DNA of 59,358 nt, filler included, from Asterionella formosa (GCA_002256025.1; 4 parts of 4 records of this genome joined end to end with filler, not necessarily neighbours in it); one strand, 5' to 3'; shown: positions 33,986-47,564, counted from the whole stretch's first letter. A program made the numbers and translations. The notes: generated by a model from the letters alone, not told the origin.

Positions 33986-36900
33986 TTATGAAATGAAACT
34001 GCTTTCACTCAATGATTCGACCGAAACACTACTGTCGTTTTCACCTTCATCGTCTTCAAGCCAATTTGGTAGGGTCAATGTGGTGCCGAGCTCGTGTGCC
34101 CTGAGTAGCATTTGTCTGTGTACCCCCACGAGGGCAGTCCCTGTCTTCCGAGTCCTTCGATGCCACTTGCCGCAGTGATGAACGCTTGCTACAGGCGTCT
34201 TCTTCGGTCGCTTCCCCTTGAAATTCAGAATAAGGGAGCGCACTTGAGAATCTGAAGTAGATGGATCGACAAGTTTGGCGCCCACAATTTTTGGTTTGAT
34301 TTTACCTCGTATTGGAAGATGGACTTGAGTATTCAATAGGTTGTGCTCATCCTCAACCTTGTCATCCATAGACCCTGTCAGGGAATCCACAATTGACTGA
34401 AGATTCTTAGCACGCTCACGAAATTCTGAATCAGCATCTAGTCCATCCTGAACAGTGCTACGGAACCTTTCCTGCAAACGTTGAAACCCTTCTTCTAAAA
34501 GCGAAACCTGTTGCTTTGTTTCAGCATTCTGTTTTGACAACAATCTGTTCACAACGTGAAGCTGTGAAACAAACAAGATAGATGAGAAACCAATTGTTAA
34601 ACGATAAAAAGAGAACAATGCACGTCGACGAACAAACCTCGCGTAGTTTCCAAGCAGCCGCTTTTGCGTTATGCATCAAGCGGTCCCTCTCCTTAGCCAA
34701 TGCAATGGCCTCTTGAGCAAGCTTTTTCCTCTGCAGATCGCCAACACGGTTGCACATGGTATCCATCAAGAGCTTTTGCTCGTTGAGAGATACTTGTAAA
34801 TCAACACATTTGTTGGCCAAATTTTTGAGATCCCTCCGTAGCTCCTGTTCTCGTCTTGTATACCGAGTGTTGGAAGCATGTGGTTCGTACTTTTCCTGAA
34901 TTGTCTCGTCTTTCTTGTTTTGCCAAGGCATTGCTAAACCGAATACTGAGGGGTCACCGCTTTGTGAAGCACCTCCTCCTAGGGTGCTCCGGGAGGCTAT
35001 CGACTGGTCATCAAAGCCACCGGTCCGATGTGGCCTTGCTGTGGCGGCACGTCGTAACCAGCGGTTGCTACCGCCATCATCGATTCCGTCTTCTAATCCG
35101 GCAAGCTCGTCGACTTCTACATCATCCTCTTCAATGGCGGCCCCGGATATTATAAGACCTGCATCTTCAAGGTAGTCGAAGAACTCTCCTTCCACTGTAT
35201 CTAAGTTAACTTCGTCACTTTCGATCAAACCTGCATCAATCATGAGAGAGTCAAGGTCAACCAACCCTGATAAATCAGGTGCACCAGCTATAGTTGAAGT
35301 GATCTCAGGGACAGTGATTGGCCTATCCTTGTCGGTATCCTTTCGTAACTTCCAGCAAAGAGTGCGCATATACCGAAGAAAACATATGGCTTCTCGACAC
35401 CGGTTTTCGACCACAATCAGTTTGTGCTCTAACTCCGAATGCTTGAGTTCTTTCTCGCGATTTTCGGTCTGAGCACGGCAAAGTTCTTCTTCCCTTTTTC
35501 GCTTCTCTTGGACCAAGAGCTCATTCTGTCGACGCAGGACAACCGATTCACTCTGAATATCAGTCAACAGACTTTCAGCACGATCGTGTGCCCTAATAAC
35601 CTCGACTAATTTGTCTGAGGGCATTCGTTTTGCAAGTTCAATAGATAGTGCACGCCACTTGGGAAGATTTTGAAGCTGTCTTTCATCCTCGCCCATTACA
35701 AGAGCCTTTCGGCAGGGATTATGCACAGATTCCTCTTCATCCGCAATCGCTTGGATTTTTCGCCACATCGAAATCGAAACGCTCTGCTTGAAAGTTCCAT
35801 CTCGTTTACTTTCTTGCACTAGGTCTTTCGCAAACTCCTGAACCAAGCTCGAGAGTTCTCCGAATTTGATCTCAGTTTGTAGCAGCCATTTCCGGTAATC
35901 TTCTATTCCAGCATCTTTGTTCATTCTAGGTTTGTTGGTAACACGTCTCACCCGTTGTCCAAGGCGAATGGAGTTGATCGTTTCCGTTATGTTGTAGGAG
36001 CTCGGGGAAGCCGTGATGAAGAAAGTGGTCCTACAATTCCCGCCAAAAGCATCTTTCAAAATGCTCGTTAACTTGGCCTCTCTATAAGGCACGTACGTAT
36101 GTCCTTCCGTCAAGCATTTAATAACGTTTCCAAGTGCAGAGAACGATTTATGTATGATCTTCGTCTCTTGTACACTTTGCACTTTTGCCTTGGAAGCAAC
36201 TTCGAAACCAGCCAACTCAGCAAGCTGAAGGTACGATCGACGGACAGCTCCAGAGCGAATGTGCCGCTGCTCAATATGTAACATGAAGATCGCATGAGAT
36301 CTGTTTGGATCCATGCTTAGATCATTTCCAATTAATTTTCGACAAGCAGTGCCGCGTCGGATCAATTGTATGATGTCATCTTCGTTGAAACAGAACGCTT
36401 CTACCGCTCCTTCCAAGGCGATTCCAGACGTCATATCAGTAACCAGCAATGTTTTGTCTAATTTCGGATCAAGTAGGTCAAATATTTTTTCCAAAAAAAT
36501 TGCAACATATGTGCAGGACAATCGAAATTCAATGTATTCAGGATACTCTTTCATTCCATGAAACAAATCGTTGATCATTCGCGGAAGAATACCAGCATCT
36601 TCTTCTCTTGGCGTTGCAGTAGTTGATATTGAATCCTCGTCACTTGATCCTTCACCACGGTCGTCAGCTAGCTCAGGCAACTTCCCTGTCAAGGTATGTG
36701 TCTTACCGCTACCACTCAATCCATATGCCAACACAGAACAATTGATTCCTTGAAGGAGACTGTCAACAAGCGAGGAACCTACTGTTTCATACACATCCTG
36801 TTGCGAAGAATCAACATTGAATACGTGATCAAAACTGAAGTCGTATTCGCCATCGAGTGGCGAATCAACAGTAAACTGCCCATCCCCTTCATGAGCTTCA

Positions 36901-39824
36901 ATGCAACTACGACTCCGCCGGTTCCTTTCGAGTTTGGTCATTGGCCGGAGACGAAGGCAAACCTTTATTGGATCCTGGTCAATTTCTTCCGCTGGTTCCT
37001 CCCAAGGATCGTTTTCTCCTTTGATGATGTCAACATCAAAATTCCTTCCAATCATACTCGTCATGGCACTTTCACTCATTTCAGTCGTCACAGAGGTTGT
37101 ACTTGTTCTTCGAGGCTTGCTTGAATCACTTGTTTTAGCGATATCAGTAACGGAGGCTGCAGCAGCAATTTTGCTTCGTAGTTCAAGAATTTCAATCTCA
37201 GCTTTCGCAAGATCTTCATCACGATCCACCGATTCTCGAGCAAGTCTTTCATTTTCCTGCTTCAACGCTTCCATTTCCTCTAGGAGTCGATCGATTTCAA
37301 TCTCATCTGTCGTCCGGCTTCGCTGGTCATGGTCCGGCCCTGTCAAAATTCCCATTTTTTGAAATTGTCCTGTAGACACCACTTCGGTCTTTTTATCAAT
37401 ATTATTATCCATGGGTCTGCCATTTCCCATACTACCAGGATCTGAATGCTTTTCTAAATGGGCATTCAGTGAGCTCCACTTCTTCTTGCTTTGTTGTCCA
37501 TTCTCCGGAAGGCCATGATCTGAGATGCTAGCTGATGGGAGTTCTTCGGCCTCTTTCTGCGCTGCCAATAGCGACAAATGACCATCGCATTTCGTAATAT
37601 TCAATTCCCTAGTAACAGCGTTAAGCTCCCTTTTCATTTCCTCTTCAGTTATGGACTTTTGCCCTGTTGCATGAAGTTCTTCGTCTGTCACATCCAATGC
37701 GGTCTTCATTTTATCGGAAGCACTAACCAGTAACGTTGAAAGTTGGGCTAAATCCTTGTCAGTGTCGTGATCATCATTTCTTGAAACCATTTTTCCTTTG
37801 AAATTATTAAGCAGCTCACCAGTGTCATCATGTTCTGTGTATGAAGGTCGGATGTTTGTCCCCGACCCAGTATCTGTCATCCCGTCAAAAGTTTGATTTA
37901 CGTACTGAAATGTAGATGCCACCGTTTCTGAGACATGACAGGACGATAATGGAACGCTTCCCCCTTCGGACAATTTTCGCTGTCTATGTCCCTCCAGATT
38001 TTCCTTTGGCAATGGATTATTTCTTCTTAAGCCCTCTATTGCTTGTCCTACAAGGTCCGCTTCCTCAACCGTTTCTGATATCAGCGGCACTTCGAATCCT
38101 GGAATCGCTGAAAAACCAATTCCCTCGTTGTGCGCGTCCATCAGGACAACATTACTGCAGGCATTGTTTTCTGTTGATTTTCCCAACAGATTTTCTTTAA
38201 AATCATGAATCCCACTTTTACTACCACCAGATATCTGCGGAGTTTTTTCAGATTCTATGGATTTCTCAGTCACCGGAGATCTTGACCCCGGAGTGAATGA
38301 CGAGCCCCTTCTCCTTCCCACCCCACTCGTGGTATCGCGACTACTGTCATCTTTGCTTTCCATACGCTGTCCTGATACGTAAGTTCCAAACCGAATAGCA
38401 GATAAAGTTTCGTTTACATGCCGAGAGAGTGGATTTGCGGTGACTATCACGGATACTCCAGCCGCTCGTCCTAGGGCTACTTGTAACAATCTGGTTAGTG
38501 CTGACTCTGCATAGGGTGGAGAGGACGATCGGTCATTCAGTGCAAGAGCCCTTAAGCACTTCCTCAATGCCCCCAGTGATCGTCTGACTGCCTTGGATTC
38601 ATTTATTAATAAACTATCAGCGTCCGAAGGAGGCCGATGAACCAACGACGAATTTGCTAAATCCACCAAGAATAAGGACGACGTCGTTCGTTTTCCTCGT
38701 GACCGGCTATATCTTTCCAACTTCAAAACAACCACAGAGTGAGAACGTGAGCTGTGGGAGTGTTTTCTTTCTAGGCGCTCAGCTCGATTTGACATTCCAG
38801 TCTGGAAATAGTCTATGACTTCCGATTCTTTATTGCACATCTTTTCCACTATTTGGTCAACAGCGAGTTCCTGATCACCACCGACATCGTCCACAGCCTG
38901 TCCCAACAGATCAATTACGTGCTCATTTGCTACTTCAAGGAATGAAAATCGAATGCTAGGCTCTTCCTTTTTGTTCAGCGCGTTCAAGGTTTTCCTAATC
39001 CTTCTGATTCTTTCAAATACATCCTGAACAACTCGGTGAGTGATGCCGGCATTTTCGTCCAATTCAAATAAGGGACCCACTTCCACTGCAGCTGGCGCGT
39101 ATGTGCCAGAAGAAAACGCCTTGTGTCGGCCTTTGGCAGTTATGACTTGACCGGGAAGTTGAGTTGCAGCGACATCGCGATTGCCTCCATCCCCTTTATA
39201 TCGACTGACCCCGGAACTACCAATAGAGCTCATGTCATCATCGTTATCGACATCTTCTTCCTCTTTCGTCGACGGCCCATTCATAGTAAACGACTTCCCG
39301 CTTCCTTGCTCTCCGTACGCGAGGATACAACAATTCCTCCCAGACAAAAAATCAGATACCAGAGCAGCCACTGACTCCTTGTAGACGCTGGTTTGTGGTG
39401 ATTTATCGTCAAAAACCTAAGCATACGCACAGACAGTTAGTGCAATGATTACATGCAGTACGAGATGAAAGATAATAGGTGAAACAAACCAAACTGGAGC
39501 CAAAAGGAGCGGTCAAACGTCCACCATGGTCATCGTGACCCTTCCAGCGTGTCCACAAATGACGCAGGATGCTTTGGATTGAATAAAAATGGTACACTCA
39601 AAGGCGCAGGGGCAATAATGGGTGTCCGATTCGACCGACATTATTCCAAATATTTATGTACGCACCCTATCGAAATTGAAATGTTTGGTGGCCCCTTCAT
39701 TTCTGACTGAAACTCTTGCTTTGTCTTGATTGACCTTAACACATCCGTATCGTTCTTCCTTCTGTTCCTCATTGTTCATAGGGCGAAGCCGAAACGTCAC
39801 CCGCACATTGTTTGTTTTCAACAT
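33986..39824 (-). CDS. Kinesin-1-like protein with two motor domains, ~1,837 aa; exons 39824-39666, 39416-34638, 34561-33986
   Basis: Motor 1: VRVTFRLRP, AYGEQGSGKS, SSRSH, LVDLANSS. Motor 2: IKVCLRLRP, AYGLSGSGKTHT, NRSHAIF, ELAGFE, VPYREAKLT..L..AFGGN. Coiled-coil stalk; tail LPIRG. Two phase-0 GT-AG introns join in frame. Confidence 0.88.
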
Positions 39825-40499
39825 CGTGTGGGGATTCTTGCATTATGTACAGTAGTAGATTTGCTTAATTTCTTCTTCCATCGAGAGTTGGTCTTTTATC
39901 AATACATTTAGCGGTATATACCGGTATTACGGGCGGAATATAATTTTTACATATTATGTTCCGTTAAAAACGCCTCGGTCTATGCAGTCTACCAGTACCA
40001 GGTACCAGGTACTCCGTACAAGCTGGTAGTACCTGGAGAAGGTCTGGTAAAACACTTTTTTACTTACAAAAATGTTCAGCTAAATATCTCGATTACCGGA
40101 CCTTCGCGTAACGGTAGCTACCGGTAGTCGTGTACCTGTTGTAAATGTCCCTGTATGTTATTTCTACGAAGAACTTTCAGTCCTACGAGTCGTATCCAGT
40201 CAAACTACCGGTAGTATGCATAAAATGAAGGGTTCTGCGTGCGAACACACATTTTGCCTCATGGAAGTCACAGTCAGTTGCACTTTAGCTACTGCTGAAC
40301 GAAACCATGCAAATTTTAACCCAAGACTTGATGTGCATGACAAAATACACAACATGGGCAGCAGATGTACAAGCTGGATTTAAATGCCCTGGCAGTTCCT
40401 ACACATTTTGCATTATTGTATGCAAAAACTTCGTTTCCTCCCAATTTTGAAGATGCTGATTCTAGACCTCTAAGATGAACCAGCTCCTGTTTTATCCAG

Positions 40500-40930
40500 G
40501 ATGTGGAGTGCTAATGATTAAGGTTAGGATAAAGCTATGGTTGAGGTACTTGAGTTCTGCATGAATCTGTAGAAAGCACAGGATAGCATGAAAATCTAAA
40601 TCAACAACTTGCTTTGATGACCTACTAGATCTCCAATGCCTTGGCTGGAAGAAACTATGCAGAGGAGGAAATAGCAATTAATTTCCCACCATAAAACATG
40701 ACCAAATAATTCACCATTGACAACACAAAATAGGCATAAGTTTGTTGTTGTTTTGGAATTTGGGTACTAGTCAAGAGGGCCATTGCTGGGGGAACACATA
40801 TCTTGCTTAAATTCAAGGAAGCCATTGATGTCCTGCAGTTTCTCCATTCACCATTTTTAGATTGGTTTCTACTTGATCACAGTCGTGGTCACTCCAAGCA
40901 ATTAACAGTCAAACTCAACCAGCCTCAAAT
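40500..40930 (+). mobile_element. Degenerate IS630/Tc1-like transposase core relic
   Basis: Plus strand FVVVLEFGY*...FKEAIDVLQFLHSPFLDWFLLDHSRGHSK resembles the 'FLFDxSxxH' second-Asp block of such transposases; many stops. Confidence 0.45.
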
Positions 40931-42459
40931 GAAATAAATTGAGACAGTATCATCATTGTACTAGTATTTCTGAATCCTTGTGATGAGTGGTCTGCTTTAT
41001 TTGCAATGTACACATTGAGGACTATTGGCAGAAAGTGAGTCCTAGTTGATGTGGTGTGACTGCTGATTATTGCATGCAACGACGGCCACCAGGCCTCGAG
41101 TAAGCCCGCCCCTATTTCTGAAAAGAGTGAGGAGATTGGGTGTCCCCTGCCTCCATGCACCCTGCCGAAACTGGCAGCACTCATCTTATTTGAACTACTA
41201 TCATAAAGTTTCCATCATGCTTGAATTGCTATGGTTTCCTCACGCACTGAACTGTCGGAGGCCAAGACAATTTTACCCCATTTCAATGGTTTTTCTCCAG
41301 GGTGGAATCCATCCGTCAAGTCATTTTTGCTAGCGGTCGACATGAGAATGACTTGAGAGGTTGAAAAATAGAAAGATCAGTTAATAAAAATCATGCAAGA
41401 AGGTGTAAATATGCCTTTCACTTGCTTTCTTATCATCATACTGCTAGGTCAAAAAAAGAGACTTTGTTGATTGCTGCATTTTTTGACTCTCTGTATATTG
41501 GTATCATTTTATTATTCTCTTCCCTTACCACAGATTTGCGAGTGAAATCCATATGGTGCTGTTGTAAGGTGCATAGTGGCATCTCTGCGCCTGCTTTTCC
41601 TAGCTAGCAGCTGCCATTGTTTGTAGTCCATCATCAGGGTTGAGGATGCCAGTAACAAGGATCATGTACCAATCAACCATCGCATGTGGTGTTCACGCTT
41701 TGAATTGTATGGCAGAAATTTGATGCAGATTTCAGCTTTTCTGAGTAAAGTCCATAGGGTACTGTTGCAAAGGTCCATAGTACCTCTGCAATTACTAATA
41801 AAAGCTAGTTGCAGCCATTATTATTTCTAGTGTATCATCAGAGTTGATGATCACACCATGTGCTTTCGCTTTTAGGATTGCGAGTCGATAAAATACCCTC
41901 ATAAACTAGTTCAGACATTCGATTTGTTTCATCTAAACAGGTCAGTTGTAGTTAATGATAAAAATCAATCATTTCCTTCTTGAGATAAAAAATAGTCTTC
42001 ATCACCTAACAGGTGACATCATCTCGCACATTTTTCCATTCTTTTGAATAGACATTAGATGAATTCTATCAAATGTTGGGCTAGTTTAGTAGCAGCCATT
42101 GTAGTAGTAGAAGTTGTGGTGACTGGTGACTGCATGTGATGGTTAATCATTGTTCTTCCTAGCTACTTTAGTAGTCTTCCAGTTGGAGTATGGATGTGAA
42201 AAATTCATGTGCAACGTTATAATGCTTATCTGTTTCATCATCATTTACAGTATCAATCCACGTTTCTTAGTATAAAATCAGTTATAATGCACACCTATGT
42301 CATACCATACAAATTGTCAAGTATTCTCATGCCTGAGGTAACCACAAAACAATGGAACTTGGCCTGACGATAACAACAGAATAGAAATGAATCATACCAT
42401 ATTGAAGTTTTTTATGCATTAAATTACTTTCTTATACATTGTTGATTGCTTTGCAAATA

Positions 42460-44054
42460 TTATGCGGCAGATAATTTCTTGAGCATGAATATGCTGGAAA
42501 GTGAGTCCTGGACAGCAGCATCTGGAGTTGATGCTCCCGATGTTACACCCATGACAACATCCTTGGACAAATCTCGGATAAAACTTTCGGTGATAATTTC
42601 ACCGTCCACTGTTCGGTGAGTAATGGTATTGTCGGCTCCAATGCAATCAGCTCTGTTTATATGGAATGCTCTGATACCAGCATGCACAGGAATCTCCAAC
42701 AAATGAGCGGTGTTGGACGAATCCCAGCCACCTACAACAAGAATGAAATCCAATCCAAGTTCATCCTTATTCTCCACCAATTCGTGTACAGCGTCTTGTC
42801 GTTCCTGTGGTCAAGTAATTAGTGTTGGTTCTCATAATGCCGTCGCACAATAGACTAAGAAATTCCAGCTAACTCACCTGAGTGGCATCGCAAATGGTAT
42901 CAAATTCCATGTAATGCTGCTTGACATCAACTGGTCCAAATTTCTTCATCATGGTCTTTTGAAACAATTGTCCAATTGCACGGGTTTCTTTGCGGTACAT
43001 CGTAGTTTGGTTTGCCAAACCAACATTTGCAAGCATGGTATCTGGATCGAATCCCTTGCTAACTGCGTATTTGAAGTACTCCAAAAAAGCAGCCTTATCT
43101 CCGCCGTTGATGATGTAATCAGCAACCATCTCAGCCTCTTCCATGTTCTTGACACAAATGTAGTCTTCGCAAAATGAAAGGGTTGCTACTGTTTCTTCGT
43201 GTCCATACTTTCCATGAATGATGGATGTAAGGCCCTTCTTTTGGTGGGTATCGACAGTATTCCAAACTTTGCTTACCCAAGGGCAGGTAGTGTCGACAAC
43301 TTCAACATTCTACACCATGGTGAGATATGAAACTATGGATTTGAAAGCAGGAGCTCCGGAGTATGAAAAAACTCACCTTTTTGTCAAGCATGTCCATTTC
43401 TTCAAACGAAGCTCCAAATGCAGGCAAAATGACGACATCACCTTCTCCAATCGTGTCGAAATTTTTCTTGCCTTCTCCAACCTTTTCGATAAATTTGACA
43501 TTCATGTTGGCCAAATTATCATTGACTTCTGGATTGTGAATTAGTTCGTTCGTAATGTGAATCGTCTTGCCAGGAAAGTGCGCCACTGCCTCGTAGGCCA
43601 ACGCAATCGATCGTTCGACGCCCCAGCAGAATCCAAAGTCCTGTGTAGTTGAAATGGAAATTCTTAGTGACAGTTGGCATGGGCGACCCCAGCAGAGTAA
43701 ATAACCATTGCCAGGACTCAACATTTCAGGTCATTAACGTACCTTGGCAAGGTGAACCTTAACCCCGTCCCTTTCAAGAACATACTGACCCGTCTTCATG
43801 TCGTTTACTAATCCCGACATGAATTGCTCTTTCATGACTGTCTCGACGCCTTCTCGGACTTCTTTAAATCCTTTGCGATGGAATTGCATGTTCTGCATGA
43901 ATCGCAAGCGATCTGCTTTCTTTGTACTTTTCCCGTCTTCCTCCGTGGTGGTCGATTGGCTAACAGCCGTTACAAAGGCTCGTCGATTCACAGTAGGGGC
44001 AAAAGCGGACGCCGAAGCGGCCAACATGACAATAGCGGCACTCGTAAACTTCAT
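42460..44054 (-). CDS. ispH: 4-hydroxy-3-methylbut-2-enyl diphosphate reductase, plastid MEP pathway; exons 44054-43743, 43640-43377, 43309-42878, 42804-42460
   Basis: ASASAFAP leader; [56 protein letters not shown]; three phase-0 GT-AG introns. Confidence 0.97.
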
Positions 44055-44500
44055 GGCTTGGTACGTTGCTTTTACTTTGATGATAAGAGCAAATCTTGCG
44101 TTTCGATCGAATCTGGCTTTTAAGTGGATTTTTCCGGTATGTTGGTTGCGTTCCCCCGACCGTGATGTACGTACCGGTACCTGGTAGTGCGTTCGGATCA
44201 GCTGGCTGAGGATGGTGAATACAGAAACGCACACCGCGATATTACGTGGGACTACATAGACTACTGTACATTCATATATGCTCTCAACTTGATCCCTTCA
44301 ATGGCTTCCACTCGGCGAAAGACGCATCTCGTTAGGCACTTCAACAGGCATACGCCGGACAGTCATTCGCTCTCCTTTCGAAGCAAGTCAGGTACTCCTG
44401 GTATATAGAGCTGACTACACGGTCGTACCGGTATGATTCTACAGCAGGGGGTGACGAGGGCTTCTTTATCACTCCTGTCAATTTAACGGTTCTCGACGGA

Positions 44501-44600
44501 NNNNNNNNNNNNNNNNNNNNNNNNNNNNNNNNNNNNNNNNNNNNTTAATTAATTAANNNNNNNNNNNNNNNNNNNNNNNNNNNNNNNNNNNNNNNNNNNN
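44501..44600. other. Scaffold gap with TTAATTAATTAA linker
   Basis: N run with linker. Confidence 0.97.
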
Positions 44601-44771
44601 CGAAAATTGAGATCGCCGATAACAACATGAAGTCGCGTTTTTCTTGCGAGGTGAAGAACTCTCTCATTTTTCACAAGACGGAAATAATTGTCATATTAAT
44701 ACATCTTAGAAAAATGTGCGCTATCCTGTAGAACTAAAGAAATTTACTTAAGTCCATTATAAGGGAAATCT

Positions 44772-44854
44772 CTTCATTGTCCTGGGCCCCCCTTAAGTAA
44801 AATCAGTCAAATTCAGTCACGGCAGTGTACATTGGGGGGTCCAGGACAATGAAG
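44772..44854. repeat. 21-bp inverted repeat (20/21) with 41-bp spacer
   Basis: CTTCATTGTCCTGGGCCCCCC and GGGGGGTCCAGGACAATGAAG. Confidence 0.8.
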
Positions 44855-45399
44855 TATACGGTATTTAAATACCCGGCCTGCAATATTCGGACTTTCCCGG
44901 AACGCAGCCCCTGCATAAGGCTCTACATACAATGAGATTAAGAATCAGTACCTGGTACGCACCGGTATACTGGTTGATTTTGTAGAAGAGCCTGCATTGG
45001 TATGATTTTGTGTGTGACTACTTGTATGTATAGGACTTACACCATCTACGTACGTAATAATAGGTCTAGGTAAGCACATATTGTACAATTCATAGTTCGG
45101 TGGTGGATATACCAAAACCACAAAGCTCAGCGTACACGACTCCTTCCCTGTGCTTCCTTGTCTTGGGTTCGATCTCGATGATGCAGTAACCAAATGTACC
45201 GGAAACAAATGTAAAAGGTAGAATCGGACTTTCGGATAAATAAAGTGTATGATACCGGAAACGATGTAGCTGGAGTTCCGAATCGATATGGGAATAGACA
45301 ACGAAGTCTATTTCACACTGCGTGTCTGCCGAATTCGCATTTTCATTTTCCTCTCTGTGTTAACTAGTTATGAAAAATGCATGACAAGAAATTAAATAA

Positions 45400-46110
45400 C
45401 GTACAATATTGCTTGTTCATAAGAAATAGGATATCAAGTTGGAGGAGTTCCCAATCCTTGTGGGAATAAACAGTGACGCCCACTTCATACTGGTTTGACT
45501 GCTAAATGAGAATATTGCAGTAGCCACCACAACAATCTATGTAGACAAATTGAACAACGTATACAATAGGATAAGATGTCATAGTATTGCCAGCTGGAGT
45601 TCCCAATTCTGCTGGTAGGAATAAACAACGAAGTCCACTTCATACTGCTTGGCTACTGGATGATATTCCTGTAGCTTACTTTGACAAAATTTATGTAGAC
45701 AAATCGAAAGTGTAAGATAGTATAGCACAACTAGCTGGAGTTCACAATCCTGGTGGCAATAAACAATGATACCCAGTTGGAATTCCTTGACTGTTGACTT
45801 CCCTTTACATTGTGATCTCTTTAGCTTACTCTGAAAGGTGTACAGTATATATGCATAGTATATAGACAAATGAAACAATGTGCAAGATGATTAACGATAT
45901 AGTATAACCATCAGTTGGAGTTCCCAATACTGGCTCCTATGAATATCCAGGACTTCATACTGGTTGGCTGGCCGCTGAATTCGCTTTGATATTGTTCTCC
46001 CTGTAACTAACTATGAAAGATGCATGTAAACAAATGCAACAGCAGACAAGATAGTATACGAGATGGTAATCTACCTAGAGTTCCCAATCCTGGTGGGAAT
46101 AAACAACAAA
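45400..46110 (+). repeat. Degenerate ~140-180-bp tandem array, 5 units, upstream of secreted gene A
   Basis: Anchor GAGTTC(C/A)CAAT at ~45445, 45597, 45738, 45918 and 46078, mostly followed by GAATAAACA and CTTCATACTG. Confidence 0.75.
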
Positions 46111-46456
46111 GCTCAGTTGACACTCGTTGAAAGCTGTGCTCGGTTTGATCTCGCTGTAGCAACGCATGAAGATTCAATGTTGATAGATGTATGGATGTAG
46201 ATAGTACTACTGAATATGGCATTCTCAATCAATCATGCCTGGTGGTAGGAGGAAGAAATGAAAGAAGCGTTCTTGACACTCATGGAATGGTCTTCGCTAT
46301 GATCTTGTTTATGCCGAGCTTACATTGAAACAGCAAAATTGATCAATTCATTTCCCCACATTCTTCTGCTCATAAAACAAAATGAGAAGACCTTGAAACC
46401 GAAAACACACAAACCGAGCAACATAAAATCCAACTCTCTAGCAAGCAGAAAGCATC

Positions 46457-47564
46457 ATGAATCTCCACTTCTCCCTTTTCATTCTACCATTGATCATGGT
46501 CGACATGATTGCAGGTAAGTATTATTGTTTACTCATTGTCAGTCCATGTTGTTGTTTGCCTTTTTGTTTTGTCAAGAATCTATGAGCGATGCTTGCAAAA
46601 ATAAGCCATGATTGCGATGCATAATATGCCTGTATCCAATGAGACCGTTTGTTTAGTATTGCTCACACCCTCTCAACCTATGGGTTATTCTTTGTTCCCT
46701 TTGTCGTCTGCAGCAAGGAAATGTTTGGCTGGAGGTAAGATTCAGCCAAAAGAAACATTCGAAGCTTACGATGCGGACAGCGTGTCTTCAACAGGATGGG
46801 CAAATGCAAAGCTTGACTATTGCGATGAAGTCGGGGAAAATTACATCGTTGGGAATTTTCTTGGACCATACGGAAATTTAGGTGTCATGCCGTCCAAAAC
46901 CTTTGTGATCCCTCTTGCCACAGCAAACTTGAAATTGGAATTTGACTTCTACGCCCTCGCCAGCTGGGACTTTCCTTCAGACATGCTCAGGATCAAATTG
47001 AACGATCAGAAGGTTAATCTGAGCCCTTCCTTGCCCGGTAGCGGCTCACTAGTTCACGTTGCTCGCGGTGATAGAGTTCATAAAGATGCATGCTTTCTTT
47101 CAGGTTCTCAAGATCACATTGTTCACTATACACTAACTATCCCGTCGTCGGTGTTTGCTGCAACGAACACATTGAAGGTGACATTTATCGCTAAAATGGA
47201 ATTAGCCTCGCAAGAGGGTGCTGGCTTTGACAACATCATGATTAAGATGGTTAATTGTCGCGGCGATCCTGATCAAGATGGTATCACAAGTGCAGCAGAC
47301 AAATGCCTGAACACAAAAATTGGTGCAGCACATGATTCCAATGGATGCAGTGGTGCACAGATTGTTGCCAAGACATGTCCTTGCAACCGACCAGCCTGTC
47401 GCAATAGCATGAATGTTGGTCTTAATGGAGGAACTCTTTATAAAACTTATTGGAAATGTGTCCGTGACCAAGCCAACCTCGTCAACCAAAAAGGACTCAT
47501 TGCCGCTGCTGAGAAGCAAAACTTGATCACGGCTGCACGAGCCTGTCAATGCCAAAGTGAATGA
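46457..47564 (+). CDS. Secreted protein, family member A: signal peptide, beta-sandwich-like domain, TSP3-like Ca motif, Cys/helical C-terminus; exons 46457-46514, 46714-47564
   Basis: MNLHFSLFILPLIMVDMIA then a phase-1 intron. LEFDFYALASWD, AGFDNIMI, DPDQDGITSAADKC...DSNGCS. Confidence 0.85.

Noticed and set aside
32255..39384. Many antisense and alternative-frame ORFs over NLE1 and kinesin
   Set aside because: Shadow ORFs of long coding exons with no independent motifs.
40960..42240. Possible Copia gag relic (minus strand QCVHCK...DH, RGG-like stretch)
   Set aside because: Too decayed; no LTR, PBS or pol motifs seen.
45118..45185. AGCTCAG...GGTTCGATC, tRNA A/B-box-like (similar at ~46110-46150)
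   Set aside because: No acceptor, D or anticodon stems can be formed; not called as tRNA or SINE.
45400..46110. CRISPR-like or LRR-coding reading of the spaced repeats (minus strand FIPTRIGN)
   Set aside because: Eukaryotic context, degenerate units whose spacers are also homologous, no cas genes; period does not fit a 24-aa LRR and frames are closed.
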